From: an uncultured Gemmatimonadales bacterium
GTDB taxonomy: Bacteria; Gemmatimonadota; Gemmatimonadetes; Longimicrobiales; RSA9
Assembly (NCBI GenBank): GCA_963798085.1
Contig: CAWCRS010000008.1
Coordinates: 1 to 64,000 of the forward strand
Reading direction: 5' to 3'
Length of the DNA stretch: 64,000 nt
Shown piece after piece: positions 59,930 through 64,000 of the stretch. The notes beneath the pieces are model-generated. The model was not told the DNA's origin, made no database searches, and saw nothing but the letters and a program-made list of their open reading frames with translations. Both the position numbers and the translations under genes were made by a program. Within the stretch, counting starts at the first letter, position 1, and each line of letters starts with the position of its first letter.

Positions 59930-61912
59930 ATGCGCATCCTTCGGGCCTGGCCGGTCGCACTGGGCGCACTGTTGTCCGCCTCCGCAGCCCAGGCCCTGCC
60001 CTTCGCCGGGTCCGCCCCTGCCGCAGACTCCGCCGTACAGCAGCCTGTGAAGGGGAGACAGTTACAGGAGCGGCCTAACACCAATGCAGCGCCCGCAGCG
60101 GCGGGCGGCCCGGTGGATGCGCACGAGGTCGAGGCCTTCCTGGACGGCGTAATGGCCGCCGCGCTGCGCGATCACCACGTCGTGGGCGCGACCGTTGCCC
60201 TGGTGCGCAATGGCAGCGTGCTCTTCGAGAAGGGCTACGGTTGGTCCAATGAAGCCACGCGCAAGCCGGTCGATGCGGAGCGCACACTGTTCCGCGTGGG
60301 ATCCATCTCCAAGCTCTTCACGTTCACCGCGGTCATGCAGCTGGTGGAGCAGGGCAAGCTCGACCTGGACAAGGATGTGAGCAGCTACCTCGAGTTCACC
60401 ATCCCGGCCACCTTCCAGCAACCGATAACACTGCGCCATCTGCTGACGCATACGCCCGGCTTCGAAGACCGGAACCTCGGCCTGTTCAACCCGGACACCA
60501 TGCCGCGCGGCGAGTGGCTGGCGCGCAACATCCCGGCTCGCGTACGCCCGCCCGGACAGCTCGCGTCGTACTCGAATTTCGGCGCCGCGCTGGCCGGCCA
60601 CATCGTGGAACGCGTGTCGGGCGAGTCGTGGGAAGACTACATCGCTTCGCACATCCTGCAACCGCTGGGCATGCAGTACGCCACGGGGAAACAGCCACTG
60701 CCTGCGGCCCTCGCGCCGTGGATGTCCACGGGCTACGGTCTCGAGTCCGGCCACGCGGTCGAAAAGCCATTCGAGGTGCTGCAGGGTTTCGCACCCGCCG
60801 GGTCCGTGAGTGCCAGCGCGGGCGACATCGCGCGCTTCATGATCGCGCACCTGCAGGATGGCGAGTACAACGGCGCACGCATTCTCGAGGCGAGGACCGC
60901 GCAGCAGATGCATGCGCGCGCTTTCGGCCACGATGACCGGCTGAACGGCTACGCGCTCGGCTTCTATGAGAAGAGCAGTCACGGCCTGCGCATCATCGGC
61001 CATGGCGGCGACACGCAGTGGTTCCACTCCGACCTTGCCCTCATCCCCGCCGAGCAGCTTGGTCTGTTCGTGTCATTCAACACCAGCTCCGGCAGCGCGC
61101 TGAGCTTCGGGCCTTTCCTCGAGATGTTCCTGGATCACTACTATCCTCAGGCCGACACCCTGTTGGCTGCGGACTCTACCGTCGATCTCTCGCGCTTTGC
61201 CGGCAGCTATCGTTCCGACCGCCGCTCGTACACGACATTCGAAAAATTCAGTGGATTGTTCGGCGACGTGGAAATAAGCTGGGATCACAAGGGCCATCTG
61301 ATTGCGCAGACGCCCATCGGCGAGATCCGCAGCGTGCAGGTGGGAAAGGACCTGTTCCAACGCGTCGATAAGGGCGAGCGCATGGCTTTCCGGGAGGACG
61401 CGTCCGGTCGCGTGACCTGGCTGTTCCTCGATCAGGCTCCCATGCTCGCGTTCCAGCGTGTGCGTGGTCTCGATTCAGGAACGCTGCACGCTGTGGTACT
61501 GATCGCCGGCATCGCGCTCTTGCTTTCCGTGCTGCTGGCCGCGCCGGTGCGCTGGCTGCTGGGTCGCCGCTTCGCCGAGCTGCGACCCGGGCGAGGTCCG
61601 GCGCGGCGCGCGCGCCAGGCGGCATTCGCCATGTCGCTGCTGTTCCTGCTCTTCGGCGTCGGCCTTGCCCTGGCCACGACGGCCGGGCAAACGGCCGTTA
61701 TCGAAGGCCATGTCCGCTGGGTCGCACTGGCCATGACGCTCGGCGTAGCGGGCGCCGTGCTCGCGATACCCGTCGTCGTCTACGCCGTACGCGCGTGGAC
61801 CGGGCACTGGTGGGGATTCTGGGGACGGCTCCACTACACGCTGCTCACGCTCGGCGTCATCGCCTTCATCTGGTCGCTGAATTACTGGAGGCTTCTCGGC
61901 TGGCACTTCTGA
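59930..61912 (+). CDS. Serine hydrolase (AmpC/PBP-like fold) with C-terminal membrane helices
   Basis: AAGGAG RBS; FRVGSISK; LLTHTPG; YSN; HGGD; several C-terminal TM segments. Confidence 0.9.
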   Translation: MRILRAWPVALGALLSASAAQALPFAGSAPAADSAVQQPVKGRQLQERPNTNAAPAAAGGPVDAHEVEAFLDGVMAAALRDHHVVGATVALVRNGSVLFEKGYGWSNEATRKPVDAERTLFRVGSISKLFTFTAVMQLVEQGKLDLDKDVSSYLEFTIPATFQQPITLRHLLTHTPGFEDRNLGLFNPDTMPRGEWLARNIPARVRPPGQLASYSNFGAALAGHIVERVSGESWEDYIASHILQPLGMQYATGKQPLPAALAPWMSTGYGLESGHAVEKPFEVLQGFAPAGSVSASAGDIARFMIAHLQDGEYNGARILEARTAQQMHARAFGHDDRLNGYALGFYEKSSHGLRIIGHGGDTQWFHSDLALIPAEQLGLFVSFNTSSGSALSFGPFLEMFLDHYYPQADTLLAADSTVDLSRFAGSYRSDRRSYTTFEKFSGLFGDVEISWDHKGHLIAQTPIGEIRSVQVGKDLFQRVDKGERMAFREDASGRVTWLFLDQAPMLAFQRVRGLDSGTLHAVVLIAGIALLLSVLLAAPVRWLLGRRFAELRPGRGPARRARQAAFAMSLLFLLFGVGLALATTAGQTAVIEGHVRWVALAMTLGVAGAVLAIPVVVYAVRAWTGHWWGFWGRLHYTLLTLGVIAFIWSLNYWRLLGWHF

Positions 61913-62840
61913 CGGTCGTGTGGCGCCCGATCCCCAGCGTGTCCAGCACCGGAGGCCAGCCTTCCCGCACACTACGCCACTGCGGCGCCCAGCCACTGGC
62001 CGCACGCAGCTTGTGATTCGAGATGCGCAGCGAGCGAGACAGCATCTCACCAATGGACCCCAACAGCGGTGTAAGCCACGCGGGCAGCAGGCGGGGCGGC
62101 GGGACGCCGAGCCTTCCCGCGAGCGAGCCGACGAAATCGCGCCGCGGCAGCGGCTCGTCATCCACGACGTTGTAGACGCCGGCGGGTACCCGCAGCGCGG
62201 CCAGCACGGCGGACGCGGCGTCGTCGTGCGAGACCGAAGAAAGAAATGCGTCGCCTGAACCAGGTAGCGGAGCCCGTCCCTTCTGCACCGCGTGAATCAG
62301 GTCGATGACGAAGCTGGAGTCCGGGCCGTAGAACAGCGCGAAGCGCAGGACAATGCCGTCGCCGCCCGTGTCAGTGAAGTGTTGTGCGCTGGCTTCCGCA
62401 TCCAGCAGCGAGCGATTGTAGCGCGACGGCTGCAACGGCTGGTTCTCATCGATCCAGTCGACACCGTGGTCCGCGTAGATGGGTGCGAACGACTCCTGAA
62501 TGAAGCGCGGCACCCATGCCTGCCTCGCTGCCGCCACGAGGTTGGCGGAGGCTTCGCGGCGTATGCGGTCATTCTCCCGCCATGCGCCCGGCAGGAATGT
62601 GCGGTAGCCCGTGGGCAGATGCGTCGCCAGGTTGATGATCGCATCGTGGCCATCGACGGCGCGCTCGACCGCGCCGCGGTCGAAGAGATCCAGCGACAGC
62701 ACGCGCGCGCCGGCTTTTTCGAGAGCCGGGCGCTTACCCGGTGCATGCCCGACCGCCGTCACCGCATCAGCCTGCGCCAGCAGTCGCGGCACAAGGCGCC
62801 GGCCGATCACGCCGGTCGCACCAGTCACAAGGATGCGCAT
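61866..62840 (-). CDS. NAD-dependent epimerase/dehydratase family protein
   Basis: MRILVTGATGVIG; LRFALFYGP; HDDAASA; YNVVDDEP. Confidence 0.9.
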   Translation of the reverse strand: MRILVTGATGVIGRRLVPRLLAQADAVTAVGHAPGKRPALEKAGARVLSLDLFDRGAVERAVDGHDAIINLATHLPTGYRTFLPGAWRENDRIRREASANLVAAARQAWVPRFIQESFAPIYADHGVDWIDENQPLQPSRYNRSLLDAEASAQHFTDTGGDGIVLRFALFYGPDSSFVIDLIHAVQKGRAPLPGSGDAFLSSVSHDDAASAVLAALRVPAGVYNVVDDEPLPRRDFVGSLAGRLGVPPPRLLPAWLTPLLGSIGEMLSRSLRISNHKLRAASGWAPQWRSVREGWPPVLDTLGIGRHTTVRSASREASSNSATR

Positions 62841-63078
62841 CGTTTGCCTCCGCGCAGGAACATCATCCGACAACCGCCCGCATCAGCCGATACCGACGCT
62901 TCACGCACAGACCACGCCGTTGACTTCACGGGCGGCGCCAGCATATGTAATAGCCCGCGACCGGAGCGGGCTTCGCTACCGCCCGGGCAGGGCGGTATCT
63001 GCGCTCCGGTCGTGCCCGCCCGGTGCCGCTGCCGGCAAGACCGACCCGTTCACTTCTCCCGACAGGAAGGCCATTACC

Positions 63079-64000
63079 ATGGCGGATTTCGGCGACAACG
63101 TGGGCATCCGCTTCGTCGAAGCGATGTCAGGCTATGTGCGCGGCGATACCTCGGTGGTGCCGGAAGATGATACAGGCTGGCTCGTGATGGAGGTGAACAT
63201 CAACATTCCCGCGGCTGCGGGATTTCCTGAGCATGCAGACGCACACGGCGCAGATCGTCGGTGGTCATGTTTCCTGGAAGCCGTTCGTGGCGGACGTCGC
63301 CGTGCAGCCCGGCACCATCGTGATGTTCCGCGCCGATGATGCGACGCGACGCCGCAAGTTCATCGATCTTTCGTTCAGCTTCCCGTCGGGTCAGGGCTAC
63401 GATCTCGCGGCCCAGGCACGCAAGACCCTGTTCAACGATGACGGCTTCGATGCGGCCGCCGACCTGTCGACCGCGCAGCTGTCGCTCTCCGCGGCGGGAC
63501 GCGAGGTGGCCCGCGGCACGATCAGCGTGCACCCGCGCGAATTCGTGCGCCAGCTGGATGAGCTGGTCGTCACCGGTGCGCACCGCGCGGACGAGGAGCA
63601 GGCGGCGAAGGATGCGTTCATCGCGTTCATGAACCACGAGCTGGGCGAGCTGTATCCGGGCATGCCGCTGGTACAGGAAGAGCCGGGCCACCTCACACCG
63701 GACGAAAAACGTACGCTCGAGCTGTGCATCCGCTGCCTGCTGCCGGATCCGCTGCCGCCCGGTGGTGCGCAGATGAACGACATCATCGACAGCCTCGAGA
63801 GCACACTGGCCCAGAGCGAGTCGGCCGAGCTGAGCACCATCCGCGGCTACATCCGCACGGCCGGCCTGATCGTGCCCATCATCGGCAAGGATGTGAACGC
63901 GGTGCGCCGCTTCATTGCCGACTCCCTCAGGAGCAGTGCACTCACACCCGTGCGTGATGTCATGAGCATGCTGCACTCGCTCGTGGTGTTTCCCTACTGG
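63079..64000 (+). CDS. Hypothetical protein, probably the N-terminus of a GMC-oxidoreductase-related protein (frameshift ~63220; runs off the window)
   Basis: AGGAAGG RBS; GIRFVEAMSGYV...DFLSMQTHTAQIVGGHV; after a 1-nt shift the frame stays open to the window end. Confidence 0.55.

Noticed and set aside
59930..61912. Second beta-lactam resistance gene
   Set aside because: HGG instead of KTG plus C-terminal TM helices fit the broad serine-hydrolase/peptidase family; resistance is not supported
62920..62951. sigma70 promoter for the last gene (TTGACT ... TATGTAAT)
   Set aside because: Spacing to the best -10 candidates is 18-20 nt; too ambiguous to call

Overview
High-GC bacterial chromosomal window. 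The gene content (PadR plus duplicated-permease pairs, an Oar-like TonB-dependent receptor, 6-bladed propeller lipoproteins, SGDxQxG Ig repeats) suggests Gemmatimonadota or a similar lineage; this is an inference. About 44 CDS can be supported; no rRNA, tRNA, CRISPR array, transposase or integrase was recognised. About 15 single-base frameshifts split otherwise intact genes, most likely long-read assembly errors, so several ORF-track 'fusions' are artefacts. Main blocks: (i) a TetR-controlled Lol-like envelope operon; (ii) three PadR genes with four ADOP-type ABC permeases, each PadR preceded by a different candidate operator; (iii) a TonB-dependent receptor with a C-terminal LTxxQ extension and a propeller partner; (iv) a 17-28 kb stretch with three signal-peptide-less, effector-like peptidases (M91/NleD-like, an HExxH zincin with an eCIS-cargo-like leader, and a calpain) plus an apparently inactive transglutaminase-like protein; (v) a CocE/NonD hydrolase and a class A beta-lactamase with an SDG loop; (vi) a membrane-anchored cytochrome with about 20 haem motifs; (vii) a decayed PaaX/amidohydrolase pair; (viii) Ig-repeat surface proteins and an Asp-box protein; (ix) a DUF885-OppABC-2x Gfo/Idh/MocA operon with no ATPase. 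A long nested inverted repeat at 16.58-16.83 kb is a candidate structured RNA. All family assignments come from motif recognition by eye, not database searches.
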